Shown piece after piece: positions 12,505 through 24,810 of a DNA stretch of 64,000 nt (its first letter is position 1; the number at the start of each line of letters is the position of its first letter). Origin of the DNA: Laetmonice hystrix (lineage: Eukaryota); assembly GCA_965235115.1 (NCBI GenBank), contig OZ249436.1, positions 14,262,001-14,326,000 on the forward strand, read 5' to 3'. The notes below the pieces were generated by a model. The model was not told the DNA's origin. It made no database searches and saw nothing but the letters and a program-made list of their open reading frames with translations. The position numbers were made by a program, and so were the translations under genes.

Positions 12505-15500
12505 GTAAGAAAATATCTCACTCTATGTGGACAGAAACTACCGTTTTCATTCATTTACAAACTTTCCAGGATTCATTGATTTAGTAATCATTGATAATAA
12601 GTCTTGTTACTTCCATATAATACATGTACGTCTATGTACAAAGTGTATATCATGTTCATGCGTACTCAAGACTTTACATAACAATAACCTTTATCTCACA
12701 GTGCGGAATGCTATCCTGATCAAATGTATACTATATATTCTATGTCTACTGTATATATTCTGCGTCTGAAGAGGGTGGTAAGCGTGAAGACAAGTCTTTC
12801 ATATTCTGCATGCTATTGTTGATCTGCCTGCGCTCAATATAATGTCATTTATATATTTTGTGAAAACATGAAAACACACTCATGAGACCACATGTTCAGA
12901 AAGCCCTCTATCTGTAATATGTCCCTCTATTCTATATCAGAAATTTATTAAATCTACGGAATAAAATCTATTGTATAAATGAGATTGCCTCGCCCGTAAT
13001 CAGTCTTCTAAAAACAAAATAGTATAAACGAATAGGGTGTTGAGCTTTAAGCACCAAGTAACATTTTAGGCTTACCTGTGTCCCCCGTCCGATTTGTGTT
13101 CTTGCTCTTATTACATAGACCTTGTTTTTATTGATGTAACCCCAATATGGTGTTGTTCTAATTATTGATGTCGATTAATTTGAATTTATATTCTCTGCAT
13201 GTGGAATATTATGGTATTTCATTATCATTAAACAAGTTAATTGAAATAATCCAAGCGCTGATTTTCCGTTCGTCATGTCGATATGAACGTGTGTTTGTCA
13301 TAGACTAAAGAATTTGGTGAATGACTACAAATCTTTCAGGGGATTGCATGTTTTTATTATTAACAGTGGGACATGAACGATCCGTGGTTATATATATTGT
13401 ACCAGATCCAATGGCAATCTACTTTAGGAGAAAGAAAGGGTACATTATACCTTATCGAAAAGAATACTCAATAGGACGTACAAGATTACAGCCACGCTTC
13501 TCGCTGCTAACAGCCTCAATCGTAATCGTTTCATTTATTATCCGATAAAAGGCTGCTAAAATTAAAGTGGTCCATTTAGAAGACGTAAGGCCCACTCATA
13601 GTCCACTGAAAATGAACGCCGACTGGTCCTCAGGACTATAAACGGGTGCGGAAACCTGTTCTGGTCAATTGTCTGTACTAGTATTGGTCTCAAGAAGTTA
13701 TCGCTTCACATTGATCTCTGTAAAATTTACTCTTTAGAGCATGTGGTCCAAGTGACTTCATAGCAATCGACGCGAAAGTTTCTCAGGGGAATTAATTTAT
13801 ACTTGACGCGTGCCTTGAGCAGAATGTTCTTACAATTCAGTGTATAATCACGTGACCTGATCAAATAGAAACCTTCGACTATATTGTCTTTATGGGGTGA
13901 AATGAGGTGCTAACGGGTGAACCTTGATTCCCCCATACCTCAGGGTCGTCAAGGATTATCATTCAGGCGGCTACCTTTTATAGATTCTCCTCTGCTTTAA
14001 TCTGTAGGGCAAGACCTCGTGGTTAAGTGTAAATCGCTGAGTTTAGTGTTTCTAAAGGCCCAGCACCGTCCATTCTCGTATTGATATTCTCTACAGTTAC
14101 TCTCAGGACAGACTTATTCAACATACCAAACGTGAGAGATGACCAGATGTGTGAGAAGTAGCAGTATCTGAAAGGTTGTGTTCAACTCGGCTTGTTTTTA
14201 TACCTGTTCTTATTTCATAGTATTTGATATGTAGATGTGATTACCGTCTTACAGGTAGTATGTGGCAAAACTAGAACACCATTATTTCAACACCTCAACC
14301 GGAATTAATTATCAGGTTAACTTGATTTGAGAAGGAGAAATCGTATTAGTGTTTTTGCAAACAGCTAACTAAGTTTTACCATGCGTTCAATTTAGGATGT
14401 TTAAAATGAGCTTTATAAAATACCTTGGTATTAAAAGACTTGAGCTTTTATACTAAAGCATTCCCGACAATGTAATTATGTAACACTTCAGAGAGGATTG
14501 CTTCTATGGAAATGAGGTACGACATCCTTCAAGCAAATTCGAGCTGTCTTTATTTTGAAATGAAAACGTCAAACTGAGAAATGTTCTGGGCTTGTTTCCT
14601 CTAACGATCACGGTGGGTATTTCCGACCAAAAGTTTTAAAATTAAATTAAATTTCTCGAATCTGTTGCATCATCAATCAGACTATGACTGATTCATCTTT
14701 CGCTAAATATAGTTTCTCTGAGACCTTTATTTATTCAATTCTTAAAATTTACATTAGTAGTTTTAATGAGAAGGCAGCAGAACAACTAATCAGTCCCGAA
14801 CAACATGAAGAATAACTAAAGCAGATTAAAGAAGATATGTAGGCAGGGTAAGAAACACGCTGTTGCATCAATTTGCCGTCGGCTGTTTTTTGTTACCCGC
14901 TTGGAATCATGTGCAGTGTGTTAAGACTACCAAGAGTTTGCTGATTGCCACTCGAAGCTGACTGCTATAAGAACGTGCTAAACGTTAAATTATGTAGATT
15001 TCCAGCGCTATTGATCCAGCCTGTACACGGTGGACGTCGGCGACATCAGCGCTCCATCCATGACATCGCTGCACAAAATTGTGTGCGAAGATCCGTCTGA
15101 ACTTGTCAAATTTTAAACTAACTCGTGATTTGTCTCATTTGATGAATTGCTGAGAGCGTCCGGCAGGGACAATGAGATTCATGCAAATGAATACGAGATG
15201 AAAAGTATTTTTGTTGAACATTGCCAAACCGAAATCCTCAGTGCCGTACATTCTGTCGAGAAAAACTACGTGCTGATAATTTATAACAATTGATGCATTG
15301 AACAACTAGAATTAAGACGCGTGTATTTTTGAATTTCCCAACATCACTGCCGTATTCGACAGTTATTGCTTCTAACTGCCGGGGGTAGAACGTATCAATT
15401 GCTATAGGTCTCCATTATATTCGGTCAGAATGTCAGAATTGACGGAAAGGGAAACTGTTCTATGAATAACGACTCTTGTAAACAAAAGCAATGGAAAGAA

Positions 15501-15542
15501 TTTCACAGATCTCTCTGTAAATCCAGTCAATGATTTATTCAG

Positions 15543-15657
15543 AGAAATGTTACTGCCTGTTTACGCCTATACCCTGACTCTCAGCTAAACGTTTCATAGA
15601 AATGTTACTGCCTGTTTACGCCAATAACCTGACTCTCAGCTAAACGTTTCATAGAAA
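15543..15657. repeat. 55-bp tandem duplication
   Basis: agaaatgttactgcctgtttacgcc...ctgactctcagctaaacgtttcat at 15543 and 15598. Confidence 0.9.
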
Positions 15658-16685
15658 TCTTCGTCAATGTGTGGGCTGGTTTACTGTTTCGTAGATAGTG
15701 TGTATCTTCACCATGCCATGTCCCAATGTCTCAGCAGTCGTTTTGACAGAGAGATTCACCCAACGCTCCACGTGCCTCGCATTTCTTCAGCAGGGAGCTG
15801 TTTCTATAAAAGATGGGTGTTTGAGAATTGTACCATTAGGTCAACCGAGTGAGTAAGTGAATTGCGTTCGTTACGCAAGTATGGACGCCTCGTTTGAGAC
15901 AGTGAATGGAGATTGTCCCGCTTTGTTATTGCATCCTTTGATCATTGTCAATCAGTTGTTATTCTGGTTCTGAGTGTTAGTGTAACCAGTAAGTCTCACT
16001 GAACGAAAGCTAATTATTCTATTACATGAGCTCATATGGCCTCACTAATCAATCAAATGGAGTTAGGTGAAATAATCCGATCGGACAAGGTTTCTTATGT
16101 GGCCTAATGTCCTGTTCTTTGTCCCCATATCTTGATACAGTTCAGTTAATCTCGTTTTTAATGATCTTGTAAGAAATGATATGAAGGGTGGCAACAGTTG
16201 CAAATACTAATATTTGGATGGGACTTTTTTTGCAGAAAGAATGATTAAACCGAGAAGATTGCATTGTTACAGAATCAATACAATTACGATGCGAGCCTTT
16301 TATTGCACACCATGCAGTAGTGGAGCTCGGCTATCATGGCTGTGAGGCTGGTGTACGTATCCGAGGTACCATCCCGACATCATGCCCGCCAGGCACTCAA
16401 TAAACATGCCTTTTGATGAAATGTTTTATTTTCGTCTACCTTTGGGCATTTCAAGTAAATTTTTCATTAAAGTCTTCGAAACAAATGTGGAAGTTGAGCA
16501 GAGGAGTGATGAAACAGAACACCATATCTTTACGCATGATTTATAGTTGGCGATTAAGGGCCGTATCCAGCCAACCGGCCGGCCGCGCCATAATTTGTAC
16601 ACTATGTAGGAATTTGTGTTGGCCATAGTAAACAAAAATAGGAAAACATAATGCGATATATTTGTATGTGCTCATATCTTAGGTG

Positions 16686-17146
16686 ACCTTCAATGATGGG
16701 GGTTCTTTCACTGTGGAAACTACAGCATGGATCCTTCATGACAGTCGAGCCCACACTCATTGAATTGGTCCAACTACATCCATACTTTTTTTAAATCGGC
16801 TGACCGGCCGGCCGGCCGGCTTAGTGTATATAGCCAATGATACCTGATAAATCTATAACAATGTAAAGGGAGGAGAAGTGAGGTTTTATAATCGAGGGCG
16901 GACCCATGGTTGGACTGTATTGTTGGTGGGAATGAAGGCAAGCACAGATAGTCTGTCAGTGTTCTGTCATCAGAGCATGCTTTGTAAGCCAAGTTAAAGA
17001 CCCAGCCCGATAAACCGTGCTGAAAGACAAAGTGGTTGGTTTCCTGGCTACACTTAAGGGGAGGAATCCCTAACCACGGCAATCAATCACCTTCAATGAT
17101 GGGGTTTCTCTCACTGCAGGCACTACAGCATGGAGCCTTCATGACA
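16686..17146. repeat. 58-bp dispersed direct repeat pair (16686-16743 and 17089-17146)
   Basis: accttcaatgatgggg..tct.tcactg...actacagcatgga.ccttcatgaca occurs twice, 403 bp apart. Confidence 0.8.
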
Positions 17147-18025
17147 TTGGTAACTCACGGGAACTGGAAGAAGGCTCGCAATACCCTAGCTTTAATCTGC
17201 TTTACAATTCAAATGGGACATTAGTGAAAAAACACAATCAAGAGATCTGAAATGTAAAGGGGAAAAAATGGAATGCTCTGCCGGCGTATTTATTGGAGTG
17301 ACAAAGATGGATATGGCAACATTACCCCAGTAATACTATACACAGTGGTATGTCATCAAAGACGTTTCATGCTTTGTGTCACAGTAACATGGTTTTAAAG
17401 GCTTGAGAAACCACAGAGTATGCATTCTCTGCACATCCAGTATAGCAGTACATGTACTCCGGCAGTGACAGCTAAACATTAGGTTAATAGTATGTATTGC
17501 ATCGCAATAAGTGACAAAAAGAGAGACCTCATTCCAGAGCGTAGAGGTCAGAACATTCATGCAGGACAAGCAGGGATTCCTGCCAGAGAATTCAAAACTC
17601 GATAGACGGAGAATATAAGTTCTCGCCCAACATAATCACTTTAACACACTTCTTTAACTCAGAACAATGTCGCAATATTTGGGCCCAGTCGCCAAGAGTA
17701 CATTATGGTTCCATAATGTAACTTTTATCCAGGCGTATTTTTATTTATCAAGTATTTTTAGCGTCGCTAGCGTGTGCTTATATAATATTTAAGAAGTGTG
17801 CGGCGTGTTAGATCATACTGTCTGGTCATGTGTGATGGAAAGAACATGTAAAAATAGGATCGGGAAACCAATACTTGTTACAAGTTTCGGAGGATGGAAT
17901 AATCTAAACATGCGCGTGTGCAGAATGTTTCCTAGGCAGCCAAATCCCCCACATCAGAAGCGCTAAAGGCGTGCATCCATATCAGCCTATTGAAAAAATT
18001 TGGGGCTCTGAGCAGGGAGGTTCGA

Positions 18026-18071
18026 CCCCCCACCCCCCACCCCACCCCCACCCCCACCCCCACCCCCACCC
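18026..18071 (-). repeat. (CCCCCA)n-like C-rich run; G-quadruplex-capable on the minus strand
   Basis: About eight C-tracts separated by single A's. Confidence 0.8.
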
Positions 18072-20032
18072 GCGCCTGATAACCATGTCAATCGGTACGT
18101 TAAGCACTTGAACGACTTCAGGTTTAGCCACTATGAGATTTGTTTTAAGTTTGGTTAAACATAATACATTACAGAGAATTGATGCAGATATGTTATTGTG
18201 AAAAGCTGAGTAGTATTGGAAATTGTGGACAGATACACTTGAACATTGAGTTACAACTTATAGCGTCCCATCTTCCATCTCTCCAGTACGTTTCAGTAAC
18301 ATGTTATGCATGTCTCCTCCAGGCCACGATGGTAAAAGTAACGGTAGATATATGTAGAACCTGATATATTCAGCCACTTTCTCAAGATGAGCAGATAGAT
18401 CTCCGGAGTAATGGCAAACAGAAAACATACATCACATAAAGTTTCCTCAAGCATGACATCAGGACCATCCTATAGCAAGGCGTTGAAAGAAGCAAGCCGT
18501 AAAATGACCAGGCCATACTTAAACCTAGCCTGAATACACAATTGGAAGTATTGTACCCAGCTCATGTCGCTGGCTTCCCAGGCCTTATCAGCAGCATCCT
18601 GACAACAGTTACCATAAAACACGGGATGTTGGTTTTTTCAAGAGTATAAATAAATAGCCAATGATTTGCCAGCAAGTGGGTTTACCGTCGCAGTTGTGGC
18701 CTGGGCAGGCCGTGTATTAGAGGAGCTTTACGACAATGTTCTGTCCACAGGGCCCAGTATTGGTCGCTACAGTAATGTCCTGTTTGTTTGCCACGTTTGC
18801 ACGAGGAGTGTCACCTATGTGCCTCACGCCATTGGTTGGAGCGTTGATGGTTGCCCAGTCCAACCATCAACAACCAATTACTGGGTGACTTCCACTTTTT
18901 GTTGGGTCCATGTCTACAGAGTCTATTTGGCTGTGACCTGGTGGGGCTGGCTGCCATGCCCCCAGGTTATCTACCAATAGTGGCGGACGTCACCTAACCA
19001 TATAGTAAAAAACGATTAAAAAAACCTTCCCGTCGATAGTTGAGTGGAATGCCCCGAGCTGCTCAGTGTAGGACAAAACACACAGACCCATACAGGTCTG
19101 GACCCTCGTTTTAGGTTGGCCGGATCAACCGAAAACTTTGCCAATAGCGATACTGCCAAGACCGAGACAGAGCCGTGACACATACAACAAACGCACTCTA
19201 TGTATACGTACAATGTACATAACGTCCCAAACACACAGGTTTTAAAAACATTTGAAGGGGGTTCTCTGACGTCTAAAGCATAGTTCACGGGGAGCCGTGC
19301 ACGTATAGGTAATAAACATACAATTCTCAAATCCTCAAATCAATAAAAGGCTCAGGTAATTCAATCTTTCTAGCATCTTCTTTTTTCTTCTTTATCTTTC
19401 TCACTTTGTGTGTAGGGGAGGCATTGATCGGTTTGGATTGCTCATTTGGAAAATTTCCATTTGGGCTATGATTAAACACTGTAAAATGTGAAACGGCATC
19501 AGTTGTAAACGCTCTTATCATTCCATTAAGGAATTTACTTTTCTAAGTGTACTATAAATCACATTGTTTCCTTTAATAACTTTTTCATCTTTTCCCCTAG
19601 TCGGTAGCAAATGCTATTGTGTTCACATTTCAACACGTAATTGTGAGCACTTTGTATGCAACAGTTAGTTTTATTCAATGCTATAAAGTACGGCTGTATG
19701 TAGATTGAAAGGTAACGTACAGAACAAGGCTGTTGACATTCAATATGTGTATATCAAGTACAAGTAATCTGTAACAGGAACTAGTGTGACTCTCATATAA
19801 TAGGGCAGGATGATGTTTTCACAAAGCTCAGAGTCAGGAGAAATTAACAGGGTGGGCATTGTTCTGTCTCTTTTCACCAGCGGGATTTTATTTTTATGAC
19901 TGCAGGATTCTAGCGTTAATGGTTCCCTGAATTAGATGAATATCCATCGGCGAAATAACATGAGTGAATCGCTTGAATGTATTATGTAATTTGACTTAAC
20001 GATAGTAATGTTTTCATTATTATTTGTTCCAG

Positions 20033-21107
20033 TTACTTAAACAGCAGGAGAACCATGGAATTATGTACGAGTATACGATCCCAATGGATCAGGCAGCGTC
20101 GGACACTGTGAAACCTGCGAAACGCGCCCGACAAAGGGGAAACAGGACCAAACAGACGCCGAGAAAGATTAAAGCTCCTCTTCCCCTCACTCATGCTGAG
20201 GTCCCATTGCCCTCTCAGTCAGCAGACGAGGGGGCAAGGATTGCAAAACCTGTCAACTTTAAACCAGAGTTAACTGACCGTTACCAGAGATACGGGAAAA
20301 AGGTAGTGAATTATTTACTAGGAAGCAAGCCGACGCCGGGTCAGAGGCGGGCGAGGCCGACAGTTCCCGCCACCGGCTCGGCACGGACAGGTGTGGGGCC
20401 AATACTAGACGTTAGTAAGCCTGCAGGTCGCCAGCAGCCGCAGCCAACACCTGGCCACGACCAGAATATCATTGATCGAGGTCATCAGAGCCAAGCGGAT
20501 ACATACACGGGAGGGACAGGTGATTACAACACGGCCACGGGACATCGGCTACGGCACCGTGGCCGTCACGGCAGGCGTCACGTCATCAGTGCCGTACGCC
20601 GACCCACGCCCCAAATCCCACAACGACAGTACGACTACCAGGCCCTCGGCTCGGCCCAGCAATCGGCCGCCGCTTACCCGGCCGGGGCGGCGGCGGGGAC
20701 ATATCCGGCATCCGCCGCTAGACCAGTGGGCAGTTACGTCTACCCGTCAGCGGCCATCCTCCCCGACCAGCCCCTCCCTGGCGTTCAGCCAGCGTCACAG
20801 CTTCATCGAACCTACCAGGGCGCCAAACAGGGCCAAACGCCTTACAGTTCCCAGTATCCACATATTATACCTGCTCAAAGGCAGCAGTTTCCAAACGTTC
20901 AGGGCCCTCTGCCCCACTACCGCTATGACAGGCGGTATTACGGCACCCAGGGCCAGGGCCGATGGGCCCTCAATGACCAGATAGCAGTGTCTCTTCCAGG
21001 GTCACAGTACCCGTTACCAGGGTCACAGATCGGTAACTTGGACACGGGCTCCGATTATACGTGGCGAATATCGGACTTCACGGAGTGTTCCAAACCATGC
21101 GGTGGAG
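20033..21107 (+). CDS. THSD4: THSD4-like coding exon (1075 nt): end of spacer, long P/Q/R/G/A/Y-rich linker, start of a TSR
   Basis: Acceptor ttgttccag|20033 is phase 0, matching the previous exon; donor GGAG|gtgagt at 21108 is phase 1. Starts LLKQQENHGIMYEYTIP (spacer C-terminal motif) and ends YTWRISDFTECSKPCGG (TSR start). The frame is open throughout. Confidence 0.88.
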
Positions 21108-21541
21108 GTGAGTATGCTTGGGTCATCTTGGTGGTAGACACTTACCTTAGCCTCTCCATCAGTAGTACCATAGAACTGTACAGTTCTATGGTATTATTTA
21201 AGGGCATTAAATATATCCCTAGCAGAAAAAAGGAAATTATTTGTACAGTTGTGATGTTTATATGATGATAAGTATTTTTACATTAAATTTTAACATTTGA
21301 CTGTTCGTTGATATGAGTTGATATACAACAGTGATAAAGTAAATTTAACAAGCTCTGTTTGATACGAGTAAGAAACCAGCTAACTGAAACATATAAATCA
21401 TGTAACTCGCTGAGTGGATTACAAGAAATGCTGGGGAGCAATCATCAGATGAGATGTTCTGTAGATACTTTCTGTCCGCCAACCCGCGCCCCAGACCCCA
21501 CAACGACAGTACGACTACCAGGCCCTATATATTAACAGTTA

Positions 21542-21996
21542 CCCCATGTTTGCTTACGTAGTACGGAATATAACCTAGCCTTGGTTGGCCATACCACATG
21601 AGGGCGAAGCCCGAATGTGGTATGGCCAACCAAGGCTAGGTTATACTCCGTACTTCGTAAAAGCAAACATGGGGCAACGATTTTATCACAGTTCCAATCC
21701 TCACATTATAGACGTGGTCATTGAATTCGGCAAAACGACTTTTGGAAGTTTTGCAGTCATTCGCTGCCATCGCGCTGTGTTTGCATAGATCTACGCCACC
21801 ATGAAAACGAGGCACAGGGCGCTGCAGCCAAAACGGTAGGATAGAAAAATGACCTGTTTGACCGGCAGATGGCGCGACGACTACTACTATAGGATGGCCC
21901 ATCCTACCCGTTTGGTGCGATGTCACCGAGTACGGCTTCATATCGCGTGGGCCTGGACCAATCAGAAAGCGGCATTGTTACTGGAACTGTGATAAA
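21542..21996. mobile_element. Non-autonomous palindromic element: long hairpin (21542-21674) plus a 15-bp inverted repeat pair (21682-21696, 21982-21996)
   Basis: Perfect 31-bp stem 21569-21599/21615-21645, extended by imperfect pairing out to 21542/21674. The loop contains GGGC-GAA-GCCC. Second pair: tttatcacagttcca and tggaactgtgataaa. Confidence 0.7.
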
Positions 21997-22651
21997 GGCC
22001 TATAACCTATTGTGGTTTTCCCTATCAGTCTACCACACCTAGTACCCGGAAACCTTTGATGATCTGGTTATCGATGGTTAATATCGTTCCCTCATTCCTT
22101 TTTTTAGTGAAGGCATGAGGGGACACTTTTCCACTTTCCCCCACCGCTCTGTCTCATTCATGTTCAGAACAGATCTGACTCAAAGAGTTGGGCGGGCGCC
22201 ACCCTTTGAAGCGAAGTTTGCTGCTTTCACTGTGCGGCGTCTGTATAAAACATACGGTAGCGTCAGAAGGAGCAGGGTAGAAACCATGAATTCGATATTA
22301 ACAACTGTACAAAGTAAGTTAAACTGTGAGTGTGATCCTAAGATGTAGACAATTGAACGCCTAGCGTTTCCTTTGAATGTCAAGTACCGCTAGGATGGCA
22401 TTAATCGGTGTCTGTCTGATGTTACTGTATACTTTTAAATTGCTGTATTCTATCGAGAGAATGACTGGGATTTACAAGATCAATACGGGTTGGCGCTTCA
22501 CAGATAGCTTGTACCGCAAACCAGCCGTTTTTCTATCCATTCATTGAATACACCAAGACTCCTATAATATACTGGGATCTATCTGCCCGTTTTCTTGACT
22601 TACTCGTATATCTTGTAGACTTATCGATGTCATGCTCGGCTGTTTAAATCT

Positions 22652-22819
22652 ATTCATATTATAGGCTCATCCGTGCCACTTGATGTGAACATTCATATTA
22701 TAGGCTCATTCGTGCCACTCCTGATGTGAACATTCATATTATAGGCTCATCCGTGCCACTCCTGATGTGAACATTCATATTATAGGCTCATCCGTGCCAC
22801 TCCTGATGTGAACATTCAT
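22652..22819. repeat. 41-bp minisatellite, 4 copies
   Basis: Unit attcatattataggctcatccgtgccactcctgatgtgaac. Confidence 0.95.
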
Positions 22820-23210
22820 GCCATTTCTCTTCGCCGTTATTTTATTACATTTTGTTCACGCAAGCAGTATCAGATTTCGACCAGTTATTATAAATGTAGA
22901 AGTATGTATTGGGACAGTAACCACTGAATTGCACCTCTGGAACCGACATCTACAGCCGACCAGCGCGATATTTTGTCTCTTGAAGTCATTTTCTGGAGAT
23001 GTTTAACAAAGATGGCGCTGTAGAGTTGGACGTATTGCTCCGCATACTTTATGTTAATAAGGCGTATTCTTGACAATGTATTTCAGCAGCCGAGGATGAT
23101 TTTCGTTGTTAAAGGTTCAAGTTAAATTTGCTCACTCTGGTTATATTTAAATGAGAAGCATTGACACTCGTCTTGTTGTGAGGGAGCGTGGCTCATGTGA
23201 CTACACATGG

Positions 23211-24810
23211 TGTGAAATTATTTGGATCCTTGCCGGTGTTGGGATGCGAACTGATTTGGATCCTTGCCGGTGCTGGGATGCGAACTGATTTGGATCCTTG
23301 CCGGTGCTGGGATGCGAAATGGTTTGGATCCTTACCGGTGCTGGGAAGTGAACTGATTTGGATCCTTGCCGGTGCTGGGATGTGAACTGATTTGGATCCT
23401 TGCCCTTGCTGGGATGTGAACTGATTTGGATCTTTGCCGGTGCTGGGATGTGAACTGATTTGGATCCTTGCCGGTGCTGGGATGTGAACTGATTTGGATC
23501 CTTGCCGGTGCTGGGATGTAAACTGATTTGGATCCTTGCCCTTGCTGGGATGTGAACTGATTTGGATCCTTGCCCTTGCTGGGATGTGAACTGATTTGGA
23601 TCCTTGCCCTTGCTGGGATGTGAACTGATTTGGATCTTTGCCGGTGCTGGGATGTGAACTGATTTGGATCCTTGCCGGTGCTGGGATGTGAACTGATTTG
23701 GATCCTTGCCGGTGCTGGGATGTGAACTGATTTGGATCCTTGCCCTTGCTAGAATGTGAACTGATTTGGATCTTTGCCGGTGCTGGGATGTGAACTGATT
23801 TGGATCTTTGCCGGTGCTGGGATGTGAACTGATTTGGATCCTTGCCGGTGCTGGGATGTAAACTGATTTGGATCCTTGCCCTTGCTGGGATGTGAACTGA
23901 TTTGGATCCTTGCCCTTGCTGGGATGTGAACTGATTTGGACCCTTGCCGGTGCTGGGATGTGAACTGATTTGGATCCTTGCCGGTGCTGGGATGTGAACT
24001 GATTTGGATCCTTGCCGGTGCTGGGATGTGAACTGATTTGGATCCTTGCCCTTGCTGGGATGTGAACTGATTTGGATCTTTGCCGGTGCTGGGATGTGAA
24101 CTGATTTGGATCCTTGCCGGTGCTGGGATGTGAACTGATTTGGATCCTTGCCGGTGCTGGGATGTAAACTGATTTGGATCCTTGCCCTTGCTGGGATGTG
24201 AACTGATTTGGATCCTTGCCCTTGCTGGGATGTGAACTGATTTGGATCCTTGCCCTTGCTGGGATGTGAACTGATTTGGATCTTTGCCGGTGCTGGGATG
24301 TGAACTGATTTGGATCCTTGCCGGTGCTGGGATGTGAACTGATTTGGATCCTTGCCGGTGCTGGGATGTGAACTGATTTGGATCCTTGCCCTTGCTAGGA
24401 TGTGAACTGATTTGGATCTTTGCCGGTGCTGGGATGTGAACTGATTTGGATCTTTGCCGGTGCTGGGATGTGAACTGATTTGGATCCTTGCCGGTGCTGG
24501 GATGTAAACTGATTTGGATCCTTGCCCTTGCTGGGATGTGAACTGATTTGGATCCTTGCCCTTGCTGGGATGTGAACTGATTTGGACCCTTGCCGGTGCT
24601 GGGATGTGAACTGATTTGGATCCTTGCCGGTGCTGGGATGTGAACTGATTTGGATCCTTGCCGGTGCTGGGATGTGAACTGATTTGGATCCTTGCCCTTG
24701 CTGGGATGTGAACTGATTCGGAGCCTTGCCGGTGCTGGGATGTGAACTGATTTGAATCCTTGCCCTTGCTGAGATGTGAACTGATTTGAATCCTTGCCCT
24801 TGCTGGGATG
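23211..24810. repeat. 34-bp satellite, ~47 copies, with a 646-bp (19-unit) higher-order duplication
   Basis: Unit tgtgaactgatttggatccttgcc(gg/ct)tgctggga. Rare variants recur at 646-bp spacing. Confidence 0.97.

Noticed and set aside
20472..20984. 170-aa alternative-frame ORF overlapping the large exon
   Set aside because: Expected in GC-rich coding sequence; it has a non-ATG start and no domain signal.
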